From assembly GCF_001194135.2 (NCBI RefSeq), contig NC_068997.1:23987524-24029161 (forward strand): a stretch of DNA of 41,638 nucleotides, written 5' to 3'. Below are positions 24,286 through 36,536 of the stretch, in pieces (within the stretch, counting starts at the first letter, position 1; every line of letters starts with the position of its first letter). This stretch comes from Octopus bimaculoides (lineage: Eukaryota). The notes under the pieces are model-generated. The model did no database searches, had not been told where the DNA came from, and saw only the letters and a program-made list of their open reading frames with translations. Made by a program: the position numbers and the translations under genes.

Positions 24286-24439
24286 CTAGTGTGTTACTGA
24301 AATGAACCTTAGAGCTTGCTGGCAAAATCTATGTGAGGCACATTTAAACATTCTGTCGACTCAGAGAATTTTAGTGAATAATAAGCGTTTGAGTTAGTGG
24401 CTACTGTAAAAAAATAGAAGCCCAAAATGTCAAGAAATA

Positions 24440-24495
24440 AGATCGAAACCAGGATCTTGTGATCGCAAATCGTACGCTTTAATCATATGCCCGTA
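24440..24495 (-). mobile_element. Degenerate tRNA-like SINE head (family C-like)
   Basis: Reverse complement contains gatcacaagatcctggtttcgatc (B-box-like), similar to 26770-26810. Confidence 0.3.
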
Positions 24496-24629
24496 GAAGT
24501 ATGTACTAATGTACATTTAATACAGTAGAATCTCCCTGTCCCAACCCTATATCTAATGGACGTATGCCAAAACCGTACAAATCGTTATATTTTACTAGTA
24601 TTTCTATTAGTTGAAAATCTTGATACCGA

Positions 24630-24690
24630 AATTGTCTTTCATCTTTCATCCTTCCGGGGGTAGATACAACAAAGAGTAAGGTCGATTTTA
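24630..24690 (+). mobile_element. SINE family A core fragment
   Basis: tctttcatccttccgggggtagatac matches the reverse complement of the 7818 core. Confidence 0.35.
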
Positions 24691-24927
24691 TCAAATGGAC
24701 TCTTTCTCTACATCAGACTCTATACACTCCCCCACATCAACGTGGCCTTGTTCCAAAATTCGTACAAGAAATCGTTATGTACTTCTAAATATTATAGTGT
24801 TATTTAGAAGTTGTTTCTAGTCTTCGATAATTAAATAAATAAATGAATGAATAAATGAATAACTAAAATCGCCTTTTCGAATTGAGCAAAAAGATAAACA
24901 AAATGAAATACAAACGCCAAAAGGCAT

Positions 24928-24985
<58 letters not shown>

Positions 24986-25104
24986 TCACACACATGCATT
25001 TATGTTTATGTCTGTAAATATGTGTGGGCGTATGCATGAATGTGTGTGTGTGTATCTATATATATATATATATATATATNNNNNNNNNNNNNNNNNNNNN
25101 NNNN

Positions 25105-25180
<76 letters not shown>

Positions 25181-25616
25181 TAGGTTTACTAAAGAGAGCA
25201 AGTACTCGATACATGTAATCAAATTCACTCATGTGCTGGAATTTGATCGGCGTGAACCCTCGTCCACACATAAAGTTCTCCAATACCATAATGTTTTCGC
25301 AGCAGCTGAAATGTATGCCAAAAATACGGTAACGTGGAAGTAATATTAAAGCAGTTAAAAAAAAAAAAATACCACGGCATGCTATAAATCAACATAGACA
25401 GAACCAAATGCAGACATCGATACATATAGGAGCGTCTATCTCGAACGAAGTATTCAGTACATTCGATGTCTATTGTAGGTGTTGGAAATTTCATTGTCTA
25501 AATTTAAGACTAGCGGTCTGATTCGATTGGATTAAAACCAATCAAGAATATGGTTGTCCCTGTGGGACGTCGTAGCTTTTGAATGCACGCAAGGAATTTT
25601 GCACTCGTGTGTGCTG

Positions 25617-25963
25617 TCTTTTACTTGATTGAGTCATTGTATTACGACCGTATTGGAGAATGCCTCTGAAAGGTTTTATTCGCTCGAATCGACATCAGTA
25701 CTTAACTTTAGATCTGGCACTTATACATATCTGTCTCTTTAACAGACCAGCAAAGTTTCGGGGACGTAAACAAACCAACACCGGTTGTCAAGTAGTAGTG
25801 GAGGTGGTGGAGGGAGGGGGGTTGCAAACACAAGCACAAAACCGCTCGCAATGACTTGGTAGGCCTGCGGTTGTAGAAGATAGTTGACCAGTGCGCCATG
25901 CAGTGGGATTGAACCCAAAACCATGTAGCATAGGAGCGAATTTCTTACTGCACAGCTACGCCT
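25617..25963 (-). mobile_element. SINE family B, full length, reverse strand
   Basis: Reverse complement begins caggcgtagctgtgcagtaagaa...ggttttgggttcaatcccactg (A/B boxes) and ends caagtaaaaga; collinear with 30935-31300. Confidence 0.75.
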
Positions 25964-26733
25964 GAGTATACATGTCTATGTGTGTGTGTCTGTTTGTGTG
26001 TGCGTGGGGGAGTGGGGGATTATATAAGACTAGAAGCAGGAGGAGGGGCGGTTACGACAGGAACACCGTTGATCGTAGGTCTCCCGATCGACACTGAACT
26101 GAGTCTAAGCCACTAAAAATAACAAAAACAAAAACAACATCTGCAACAAACACTACAATGCTTACACATAAGCACGGTATTCATTCAATTGTAGACTACC
26201 AGTTGTTATCACAGTAGGTGGTAGCACGTAATAGATACTTAAGTCTGCTCTTTTTCTCAGCTCACTGAACCTGGGGGCGTGTCACTCCGTCTACAATCTA
26301 AATACACAATGACGACAATGATGATATCCCACCTCTACTAGAAGTAAAGAGCACAGCCGTCCTCGTGCCACACACAAACGAGTCACTGATTCGGAGGTTC
26401 TAAATAGTTTTGATTTCATAGCGCACGGGATCAAACAAAATCTAAACACTACATTTCGCCAGGAGAGTTTTAACAGGCGTATTTTGTACGACAACCCACA
26501 AAATAGTCGTAGAAAGCTAGGGATTAATTCTTATTGTTTTTTTCTTTAAATCCTATTTGTCGACAAGATTGTAAATAAGGTTTTTTTTCAAGGGGCTTGG
26601 ACATTACCGTGAATTTTCTGAACGGTTAAATTCTTTCTTTAAATATCTGGCGCACACCATTGCCACAGTCTCCATGGCGTTCATAGTAGTATAACCTCTT
26701 CTCATGTGTGTGCGTGTGTGTGTGTGTGTGTGT

Positions 26734-26880
26734 GGAAGGGTTTGCTTAATGGTTGGGGTGTTGCAGTCATAATCCTAAGATCGTGTTTTCGATCCCTGGA
26801 CCTGGCTATGGGTTGCATTCTTGAGCAAAACACTTCATTCTACGTTGCTCTCGATCATTCAGCCCCTTGAAATGAGTAAC
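26734..26880 (+). mobile_element. SINE family C 5' part (tRNA-like head plus ttcttgagcaaaacactt domain)
   Basis: A-box-like tgcttaatggtt, B-box-like gttttcgatccc, followed by a tccttgagcaagacact-type motif typical of several metazoan SINE superfamilies (recalled). Confidence 0.55.
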
Positions 26881-27272
26881 TATGCGGAGGATACACACAT
26901 ACACGATCAAACTCGGGCGCGCACACTGACATACGTACACGCATGTACACACACATGTATNNNNNNNNNNNNNNNNNNNNNNNNNNNNNNNNNNNNNNNN
27001 NNNNNNNNNNNNNNNNNNNNNNNNNNNNNNNNNNNNNNNNNNNNNNNNNNNNNNNNNNNNNNNNNNNNNNNNNNNNNNNNNNNNNNNNNNNNNNNNNNNN
27101 NNNNNNNNNNNNNNNNNNNNNNNNNNNNNNNNNNNNNNNNNNNNNNNNNNNNNNNNNNNNNNNNNNNNNNNNNNNNNNNNNNNNNNNNNNNNNNNNNNNN
27201 NNNNNNNNNNNNNNNNNNNNNNNNNNNNNNNNNNNNNNNNNNNNNNNNNNNNNNNNNNNNNNNNNNNNNNNN

Positions 27273-27314
<42 letters not shown>

Positions 27315-27369
27315 TGTAAATATGTAAATCTCTCTCTCTCTATATATATATAGGTATGTATGTGTGTGT

Positions 27370-27416
<47 letters not shown>

Positions 27417-27470
27417 TGTATGTATGTATATTATATATATATATATATATATGTGTGTGAGTGTGTGTGT

Positions 27471-27684
27471 CTGTGTTTGTTACCCCACCACCATCGATTG
27501 ACAACCGATGTTAGTGTATTTACGTCCCATTTACCTAGCGTTTCGACATAAGGCTCCGATAGAATAAGTACCAGACTTACAAAGAGTAAGTCCTGGGGTC
27601 GATTTGTTCGACTAAAAGTGCTGCTCCAGCATGGCCGCCTTCAAATGACCGAAACAAGTAAAAAGAATAAAAGAATAAAAGAAT
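27471..27684 (+). mobile_element. SINE family B, 3' half with (AAGAATA)n tail
   Basis: caccatcgattgacaaccgatgtt...tggggtcgatttgttcgactaaaa...ccagcatggccgc...gaaacaagtaaaaagaataaaagaat matches 31117-31300. Confidence 0.8.
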
Positions 27685-27757
27685 ATACATATACATATAT
27701 GAATGTGTGTATGTATATGTGTGTGTGTGTGTTTATATAAGGACACACATACACGCT

Positions 27758-27821
<64 letters not shown>

Positions 27822-28390
27822 CTCGATTCGAAAAGTATGTCTGTTCCAGTTGTTGACTTTGCTATCCCGATACACTCACTCATCAATCGTAGATAGTAAA
27901 ATATTGCAATTAATATTATTGATGAATTAGTTTGGTCTAATTGTCCCTTTAGACGCTCTTAACATTATTAATTAACCTACTTTAATCAAGGTTATCTCCT
28001 ATTTATTTTTCTCTAAGTAGGGCACGAACTTTTCCTTTGTTTTGGATTGTTGTAGATCGTTTTTGCTTTTTTCTTTTCTTAGTTGTATGATTTTTAGGTA
28101 TTTACTCCATATATATAGTATATGTTAAGTATATGAATTTGGGTGATTCTGTGGATATATCTCTTCCTCTGTATCTGGCTGTATGTGTGTGTGTATGTGT
28201 ATTTATATATCTATATATGTATGCATTTATGCATGTATATATGCATATAATCACACGCACATCCTATATATATGTATATATGAATATATCGATCAATTTA
28301 TATATGTTTATATTTATGCATACATGTATGTGTTTAACTGTGTTTATAATGTAAATGAATATATGAGTGTTTATTTATTTGTATAAATAT

Positions 28391-28695
28391 GTGGTTGCGT
28401 GGTAAGAAGTTTGCTTCCCAAACACATGATTCCTGGTTCAGTTCCATTATGTGGTACCTTACTTTATTCTACTATAGCCATGGGTCGACCAGTTCCTTGC
28501 GAGTAGGCTTGTTAGACGGAAACTGAAAGAAGCCCGTCTTAAATATATGTGTATATGCGTGTGTGTCTGTAGGTTTACATAGGTGCGTGCGTGTGTGTGT
28601 GTCTTCGTGTCTCTGTCAATCACCATCACTTGATAAACGGTATTGATGTGTTTTTACGTCTCCATAACCTAGCGGTTCGATACAAGAGCCGATAT
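28391..28695 (+). mobile_element. SINE family B, 3'-truncated
   Basis: gtggttgcgtggtaagaagtttgcttccc...agacggaaactgaaagaagcccgtc shared with 30935-31045. Confidence 0.8.
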
Positions 28696-28800
28696 ACTAA
28701 CTTGAAGCCATTAAACAATTACCTCCAATACGACGTTGTACTTTTCACAACGGTTTCTTCAATCTACACTAAAATTTTACATCATAAATATATACGCTCC

Positions 28801-28869
<69 letters not shown>

Positions 28870-29040
28870 NNNNNNNNNNNNNNNNNNNNNNNNNNNNNNN
28901 NNNNNNNNNNNNNNNNNNNNNNNNNNNNNNNNNNNNNNNNNNNNNNNNNNNNNNNNNNNNNNNNNNNNNNNNNNNNNNNNNNNNNNNNNNNNNNNNNNNN
29001 NNNNNNNNNNNNNNNNNNNNNNNNNNNNNNNNNNNNNNNN

Positions 29041-29096
<56 letters not shown>

Positions 29097-29399
29097 GTAT
29101 ACACACACACATACGCACGAATATTTATATATATGTGTGTATGTGTATGTGTGTGTGTGCATATGTTTCTATGTATATATGTATGACTATGTTATACACA
29201 CAGCACCACTACACTATAGCTATGAATCATGTTCGGTCTGCACAATAGGAGCCGAATGGAATGGACGTGAGATTAGTCAAGGCAATATTCTGCAGGGAGT
29301 GATAGCCTTGTGCGCGCCTGTGTATTCGTGTCTGTGCGTGTGTACAAATATATAAATGTGTATGTTTATATGAATGTATGTATGTATGTAATTATACAT

Positions 29400-29437
<38 letters not shown>

Positions 29438-29599
29438 ACTGGGGCGTGTCATCAGTGAAAGAAGGCAGCGGGCTGCAAGACTTGAGTGGGCTGATGGAAA
29501 CCCAGAGAACGTACATCGTGTTGTGTGTGTGTTACGAAGATGAATGTTGTGTGATATTTGCTGTCAGTAAAATGACGGGTTTTTTGTTTCTTTTCTCTG

Positions 29600-29846
29600 T
29601 ATGTAGGGCGGTTGTTGTTGTTGTCGTTGTTTTTTTTTTTTTAGTTATTGTGGTTATCATGATGATCATAATGATCATCAATCATGATTGTGATGATCAT
29701 CATTATTATTGTTGTTGCTGTTCTTATTGTTGTTGTTACTAATATCATTATCATTATCATTACTATTATTATTACGCTTCTATAAAATCTACCCTACATA
29801 TGGCGAAGACCTATAGAGGAATTTGTTAAGATCTCACATAATTACG

Positions 29847-29892
<46 letters not shown>

Positions 29893-29900
29893 GTTATCAT
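29600..29900. repeat. (TTG)/(ATC)/(TTA) compound trinucleotide tract
   Basis: Direct. Confidence 0.85.
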
Positions 29901-29954
29901 AATTTTCTTATAATGTTTTCGCAATCAATTCCCCCTAAATCATCATCGCTCGGA

Positions 29955-30612
29955 CAGTCAATCATTTATTTACTCATTCACTCAGTCAAACAAACACTTC
30001 ACTCAGTTGATCACATCACTCACTCCAGCATTTCCTCACTGGCTAATTCAGTCAATCACAGAAAGGTCACCTCATAATAAATTATTCACTTGATAAAACA
30101 ACTACTCAACTTGCTTACTCAATCATTCAATCATTCAATTTATTCCCTCAACCAATGCAACTTTTCCTCACTCAGTGAACCACTCAAGGAATTATTCACT
30201 CAGTCAAGCAAATACTCAATCAATTCATTCTCATCACTCACCTATTCACTTATTCACTCAACTAAGCAAATATTCTCTTATTCAGTGGACCATTTAAGAA
30301 ATTATTCTCTCAATTAGCCAATTAGACATGTCCCTTACATACCAATATCACTCCTATCACTCACATAAATCAGTCATTCAAACAAGCATTTATTCTCCCT
30401 CACATCTTTCTTTCTCTAACTATAAACAACGTAAAATATTTTTCACTCTCTCACTCATTCATCCAAAACTTTTCACAAATGCTCATTCACGCCATGCATT
30501 TCTTTCATTCATTATCTCTGTCATTCACCACTTAAATGAATTTATGCGAGTCAGTTACTCATTCAATCATTCACGCAATCACTTGAAACCCGATCAATCA
30601 ATTAATCATTTA
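29955..30612. repeat. Cryptic TCAY/TCAA-rich array with a 110-bp higher-order repeat
   Basis: aattattcact/aattattctct at 30080, 30190 and 30300 (exact 110-bp spacing), related start at 29972; strongly G-poor on the + strand. Confidence 0.7.
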
Positions 30613-30649
30613 TAGAATCCTAAATACACACGTGCGCACAAACACGGTC

Positions 30650-30790
30650 CTATAGTATAGCAGCGCAGTAAACGAGATCACTAGAATTAACACCAGAATT
30701 TAAAAAATATACTGGCGTCGATTGAACGATGCAGGGCTGTGCACCAGCATGGCCATAGTCGAATGCCAGACAAATTACACAGTATAATCA
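30650..30790 (+). mobile_element. SINE family B, degenerate 3' fragment
   Basis: tactggcgtcgatt...gtgcaccagcatggccatagtc resembles 27590-27650. Confidence 0.5.
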
Positions 30791-30934
30791 TGTATAAGAA
30801 CATTTTCTTCATCACTTCGTTTTCCTTCCGTTTCTCATTTCGGCTCCGTTGAAATCAATAAGAATCTCATTACTTAAATTGAATTCAATATATTTGTATG
30901 TTATATTTTCATGTTTTGTAAACTACATATAACA

Positions 30935-31048
30935 GGCGTGGCAGCGTGGTAAGAAGCTTGCTGCCTAACCTCATGGTTCCGGGATCAGTCCCACTACGTG
31001 TCATCCTGTGAGTGAATTTGGTAGACGGAAACTGAAAGAAATCCGTAG

Positions 31049-31079
<31 letters not shown>

Positions 31080-31300
31080 GTGTGTGTGTGTCTTTGTGTC
31101 TATCTTTCTGTCTCTACCATCGCTTGACAACCGATGTTGATATGTTTAAGTACCCGTGAAAGAAATCGATAGAATAGGTACTAGGCTTACAGAGAATTAG
31201 TTCTGGGGTCGATTTCTTCGACTAAAACTCTTTAAGGCGTTGCTCCATGATGGCCGCAGTCAGATGAACTGAAACAAGTAAAGAATAAAAGAATAAGAAT
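30935..31300 (+). mobile_element. SINE family B, near full length with internal (TA)n(TG)n tract
   Basis: A-box-like tggcagcgtgg, B-box-like ggatcagtccc, conserved core ggtagacggaaactgaaagaa, AAGAATA tail. Confidence 0.85.
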
Positions 31301-31611
31301 ATATTTTCAAGCAATAAGATACTTCCGCTACAACAACTGCATGTGTGTGTGTTTGTAAGTGTATGTGTGTGTGTGTGCATATGTTTATGTGAGTGTGCAT
31401 GTGTGTATGTGTACGCATGCATATATATGTGTATCCGTGTTTGCTCCTGCGTACGTGACAATATGTTACTTTTCAAATTCATCTGTTTAGTTCTCCGCTA
31501 TCGTCCGTATCGTCCGTACACCGGAAACGAGAAACCCAGGCTGTTGATTACTAAAATTTTACTCTACAGTAAAATATAATATATCTTTTCTTCTTCTCTC
31601 TCTCTCTCTCT

Positions 31612-31647
<36 letters not shown>

Positions 31648-31938
31648 NNNNNNNNNNNNNNNNNNNNNNNNNNNNNNNNNNNNNNNNNNNNNNNNNNNNN
31701 NNNNNNNNNNNNNNNNNNNNNNNNNNNNNNNNNNNNNNNNNNNNNNNNNNNNNNNNNNNNNNNNNNNNNNNNNNNNNNNNNNNNNNNNNNNNNNNNNNNN
31801 NNNNNNNNNNNNNNNNNNNNNNNNNNNNNNNNNNNNNNNNNNNNNNNNNNNNNNNNNNNNNNNNNNNNNNNNNNNNNNNNNNNNNNNNNNNNNNNNNNNN
31901 NNNNNNNNNNNNNNNATATATATGTGTGTATGTTATAT

Positions 31939-31986
31939 GGTGCATCAGCATGGCCGCAGCTCTGAGCTGAAACTTTGAAATGAAAT
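31939..31986 (+). mobile_element. SINE family B-like 3' terminal fragment
   Basis: cagcatggccgcag...ctgaaact motif. Confidence 0.45.
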
Positions 31987-32002
31987 ATGTATATATACAC
32001 AT

Positions 32003-32042
<40 letters not shown>

Positions 32043-32354
32043 ATACATATATATGTATGTATATATGTACGTATATATGTATGTATATATGAATGTATGT
32101 AGGAATCAGAGAGAATGTCTAAGAAAGGAATAGAAGGTACGTAGACAAACATTTGGCTAGGTATGTCGGTAGGTAGGTAGGTAGGTAGGTAGAGAGAGAA
32201 AGACAGGCAGGCAGTTATATAGATAGATAGATGGATAGACAAAACAAAGAGAATGTCCACATGTCGTGCCGAATAGCAATTCATTCCTTTCAATTAGGAA
32301 TCTTTCTCCAAAAACCCGAAACTGAATCCAATATTATTGTAAAGAACTCACAGA

Positions 32355-32358
32355 ACTA

Positions 32359-32452
<94 letters not shown>

Positions 32453-32475
32453 TAATAATAATAATAATAACTACA
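32355..32475. repeat. (CTA)n(TAA)n microsatellite
   Basis: Direct. Confidence 0.95.
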
Positions 32476-32531
32476 ATGACAATTATGACGCACATAAATT
32501 TATGTTTCTCTCTCACTCTCTCTCTCTATCT

Positions 32532-32572
<41 letters not shown>

Positions 32573-33060
32573 AGTGTACAATCTCTCACCACCTAGAGCA
32601 TTCTTTCTCATGTAGAATGATTTTAAATTTGTTCGTTTCTATGGTGATGGGTTCTAGTTTTTGGTTCATTTTCTGGTTTTTTTTTAATATATCGTGTAAT
32701 TCTCTTTGTGTAACTGTTGATATATACACACCACACATAACACATACATTTGAATACACACTCACACACACACACACACATACAGTATTAATCAAATGCT
32801 GGAAACAGGTATGGTATTCTTGTATGTTGTATAACACTTTAAATAACGTGCCTCATATTTCCCGAAGTTGCCTATTTTGTGGGTTGTTACTTCTTGTCGT
32901 AGCGCATTGGGTATAAAGATGGACTGTGGTACCGTCTAAGGAGTCTGGGTCTTTCTCACTCTTGTCGCATCGCAGGGCATGTACTCTCTCTCTCCCTCTC
33001 TCTCTCTCTCTCACCATATATATATATATATATGTCTCTGTGTGTGTATGTGTGTGTATA

Positions 33061-33274
33061 TTAATAGGAAGCGCCGGTTTATGGAATTACTCTGAGTTTT
33101 CCGTCCGTAAAGTTTTTAGCTTTATGGAGTATCGTCAGACCCCAGAAACCGGTGGACCTAAGACCTCTTCAAAATAATCCCACAGATTTCTGAATCTTAA
33201 TATACACCATGCAGCTAATCACTTTATGGACGGGAAACCCATAGTAATTCCATACACCGGCCTTTCTCCGTTAA
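33061..33274. mobile_element. MITE with about 50-bp TIRs, TTAA (or TA) flanked
   Basis: aggaagcgccggtttatggaattactctgagttttccgtccgtaaagt versus reverse complement agaaag-gccggtgtatggaattactatgggtttcccgtccataaagt (about 41/48); TTAA at 33061-33064 and 33271-33274. Confidence 0.8.
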
Positions 33275-33504
33275 AACATATACTGCTCTACATCTTAGAG
33301 TGCGCCTCTTCTCCGGATTTGTTTTCTACAAACGATATATATATNNNNNNNNNNTGTGTGTGTGTGTGTGTGTGTAGGGTTTTGTACATTACTGTCAGCT
33401 CAGTGAAACTGCTTTCACAATGAAACTAATATGCTAATGTTAAAGCAAGGCGAATGCGTGTTGTGAAAGTAGAATTAACATCAGCAACAATTTGTTAAAA
33501 CAGG

Positions 33505-33540
33505 GATCTGATCAAAAGATTTCCACCCATGACCATCCAC
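33505..33540 (-). mobile_element. Family D fragment
   Basis: tctgatcaaaagatttccacccatgaccatcc matches the reverse complement of 3196-3224. Confidence 0.4.
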
Positions 33541-34204
33541 AGTGATTACTGCATATTTTATAATATATTATTTAAAGCATCGTGTCGGTAATTCAAATGA
33601 AATTTTGTTGTTATTTCTATGGAATAAAACCAATACTTGGAAGAATACTGCTTTGTCTTCCTGCTTTTGCTTTCCGATTCAATCCATTCCTTTATATGGA
33701 TTTCGGCCAGTAGTGACCTAGGTCAAATCAAACATAATTACATCATCTGGCTAATGACTGTGAAATGTGAATTTCGAACGTGGTCTTCTCCATCGACCAT
33801 TCAAGCATGAAGTTATCGTTAGCGGAAACGTATCCAGGTGTGGGTTATTTGACAGATACCTTGCTTTTTTTTTACTTGGAATTTGTCCAGATAATGTTTG
33901 AAGGTGCTTGAGAATTTTTAATATTTTTTTGTATTCATTAATATTTTTTTTTAATCTTTTCCCTTTTTGTAAGGGGCTTGATGTTAAGCAACACCTCGTA
34001 AAATAGGGAGCCTGTTGAGGTGATAAAAAAAAAAAAAACGATGGCAAAGATTGATTGTGCTTCTGAGTGTGATCTTTCCAGCGCTCAGAAGTAGCGGAAT
34101 ATCCGAATCTTGTGTGTATGCGAACGATTGTGCATCTGTGTGTGCGTGTGTCTGTGTGCACGATTGAGCATGTGTGCATCTGTGATTATGTTTCTTTGTA
34201 TGGA

Positions 34205-34332
<128 letters not shown>

Positions 34333-34564
34333 AGCCCGTGTGTGTATGCAAGTGAGTGTGTTAAATACGATCCCAAATCACTCGATTTCACATATTGACA
34401 AAACACTATGGAATTGTAGCGAATGGTTAAATGGTTAATATTTCCACGAATGACTAAAGATGAATGCTTGTAATATGATCATATGGTATGCCAGGTATAT
34501 ATATTGAAGTGGGCCCAGGAGGGATGCATATAAACGTAATGATATGAGCCTGGTAAATCTAGAA

Positions 34565-34629
34565 CAGTGATCCTCCAACTTTCTTTGCACAGCGCACTGG
34601 TTTCATGCACGACAGGTTTTCCACGGAAC
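34565..34629. mobile_element. hAT-Charlie-type terminal fragment (MER1/Charlie3-like)
   Basis: cagtgatcctccaactttctttgcacagcgcactggtttcatgcacgacaggttttccacgga resembles the recalled MER1 end cagcggtccccaacctttttggcaccagggaccggtttcgtggaagacaatttttccacgga (roughly 70% by eye). Confidence 0.45.
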
Positions 34630-34744
34630 GACGGGACACACTCATAGCAAAACACAATAAAGGAAATAATAGATAATTTGATTATTATATATATATATAA
34701 TCATTTCTACTATAAGCACAAGACATGACATTTGGGACAGTCAG

Positions 34745-34810
34745 GATAGTCGTTTATGTTGAATCCAGTAGTGAACTGGTATTTAATCTATCGACTCAGA
34801 ACGCGAAGAC
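34745..34810 (-). mobile_element. SINE family A fragment
   Basis: ccagtagtgaactggtatttaatctatcgactcagaa parallels cagtccgcaactggtcctttattttatcgaccccgaa in the 8742-8961 copy. Confidence 0.4.
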
Positions 34811-35387
34811 GACAATATTTTCTTTGTGTATATGGCAGTTCCAATTGATCGACGGGACGGTGTTTCGGGACGCTCTCATTTACATAGTTATTAAATGCAG
34901 GTAAACGGTAGATGTGCAAACGATCAATTACAAAGGATAGAGACGTTATCAAGTCTGTCATTTGGAGTCATCATATGAAGCTCCAAGCACCGGACTATAC
35001 CATGAGAATAGGAATACATGTGCTCCATCCATTACATTTCTATCGAGAATACTTATTTTTAGTCATGAGTGCGCCATCTCAGGCGAAGGCACGTGGAGGA
35101 GCCGGACAGTACACGCACTCTTTTAACTAAGTGTGTGTGTGTGAGAGAGAGAGAGAGATTGAGAGACAGAGAGAGAGAGAGATTGTCTGACTGTGTATCT
35201 GTGTGTGTAAGAAGAAACTGAAAATAGGTGCTTTGAATTATATCGTATTAGTTACTATGACACATAGTAGAGACAAATGGAAGTTTATTGATTGATACAA
35301 TACATACACACAGATATACACATCTCTGCATCCCTCCTGGGTTCTATATGTGTATGTATATACGTACATACATGCATATATAAAAAA

Positions 35388-35468
<81 letters not shown>

Positions 35469-35638
35469 NNNNNNNNNNNNNNNNNNNNNNNNNNNNNNNN
35501 NNNNNNNNNNNNNNNNNNNNNNNNNNNNNNNNNNNNNNNNNNNNNNNNNNNNNNNNNNNNNNNNNNNNNNNNNNNNNNNNNNNNNNNNNNNNNNNNNNNN
35601 NNNNNNNNNNNNNNNNNNNNNNNNNNNNNNNNNNNNNN

Positions 35639-35714
<76 letters not shown>

Positions 35715-35886
35715 ATGTATACGTATATATCTGTAGAGCGACAGAAGGTGATATAAAGAGAGACAGACCGACAGGAACACACAAACAGGAAAAGTAACAC
35801 TCTGCACATTTGATGCATCTGATGAGATGCTTATGTCCTATGCGGCTACGAAATCTGAAGTCATGTGCAGATGAGTCAAGCAAGGC

Positions 35887-35939
<53 letters not shown>

Positions 35940-36425
35940 TATATGTGTGTGTGTGTGTGTGTGTATGTGTGTGTGCGTGTGTGTGTGTGTGTGTATACAT
36001 ATGCATTTATATATACATATATATATATGAATTTTACATATGTTTAATCATATTTATGTATGTGTGTGAATATGCTTGCGATATGAAAGTATGTTGCGTC
36101 TGTGTTACGATACACATGCTTACACCCAACCGCATACATATGTATGATAAACTTAGTAAGTATCCTTAGGCAGCGTGTCAGAATGGCGTGAATGAAAGGC
36201 ACAAGTGTTTGAATTAATAATGTATGCACTGGTATAGAACGTAACATTATCGTCTTCTGCAACAGCTTGTCTAAAGAAATAGCATGTGTGTGCGAAAATT
36301 TGAACACAAGAAATATCAAACACTACCGCATTTTCCTTATATGTATTTATACATATATGCACACCCATGAACACATGCATGTTTGTACCCGCGCGTAGGT
36401 CTGAATAAATGTCTATGAGTTAGTA

Positions 36426-36478
36426 TGTGTGTGTGTGTGTGTGTGTGTGTATGTTTCATAAATATATGTATGAAGTTT

Positions 36479-36516
<38 letters not shown>

Positions 36517-36536
36517 ACTTCATGCATATATTTATG

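Noticed and set aside
26274-29451. Shared 11-mer ggggcgtgtca (KLF/SP-like) at 26274 and 29441
   Set aside because: Two short motifs with no further homology; insufficient for a promoter call.
29823-30615. Three consecutive + strand ORFs (84, 75 and 95 aa) suggesting a frameshifted gene
   Set aside because: G-poor repeat composition suppresses TAG/TGA; the peptides simply mirror the TCAY array.
30935-31010. tRNA-like A/B-box sequences here and at 21362, 25900, 26734 and 28391
   Set aside because: Multi-copy, degenerate, no complete cloverleaf, and attached to SINE bodies; SINE heads, not tRNA genes.
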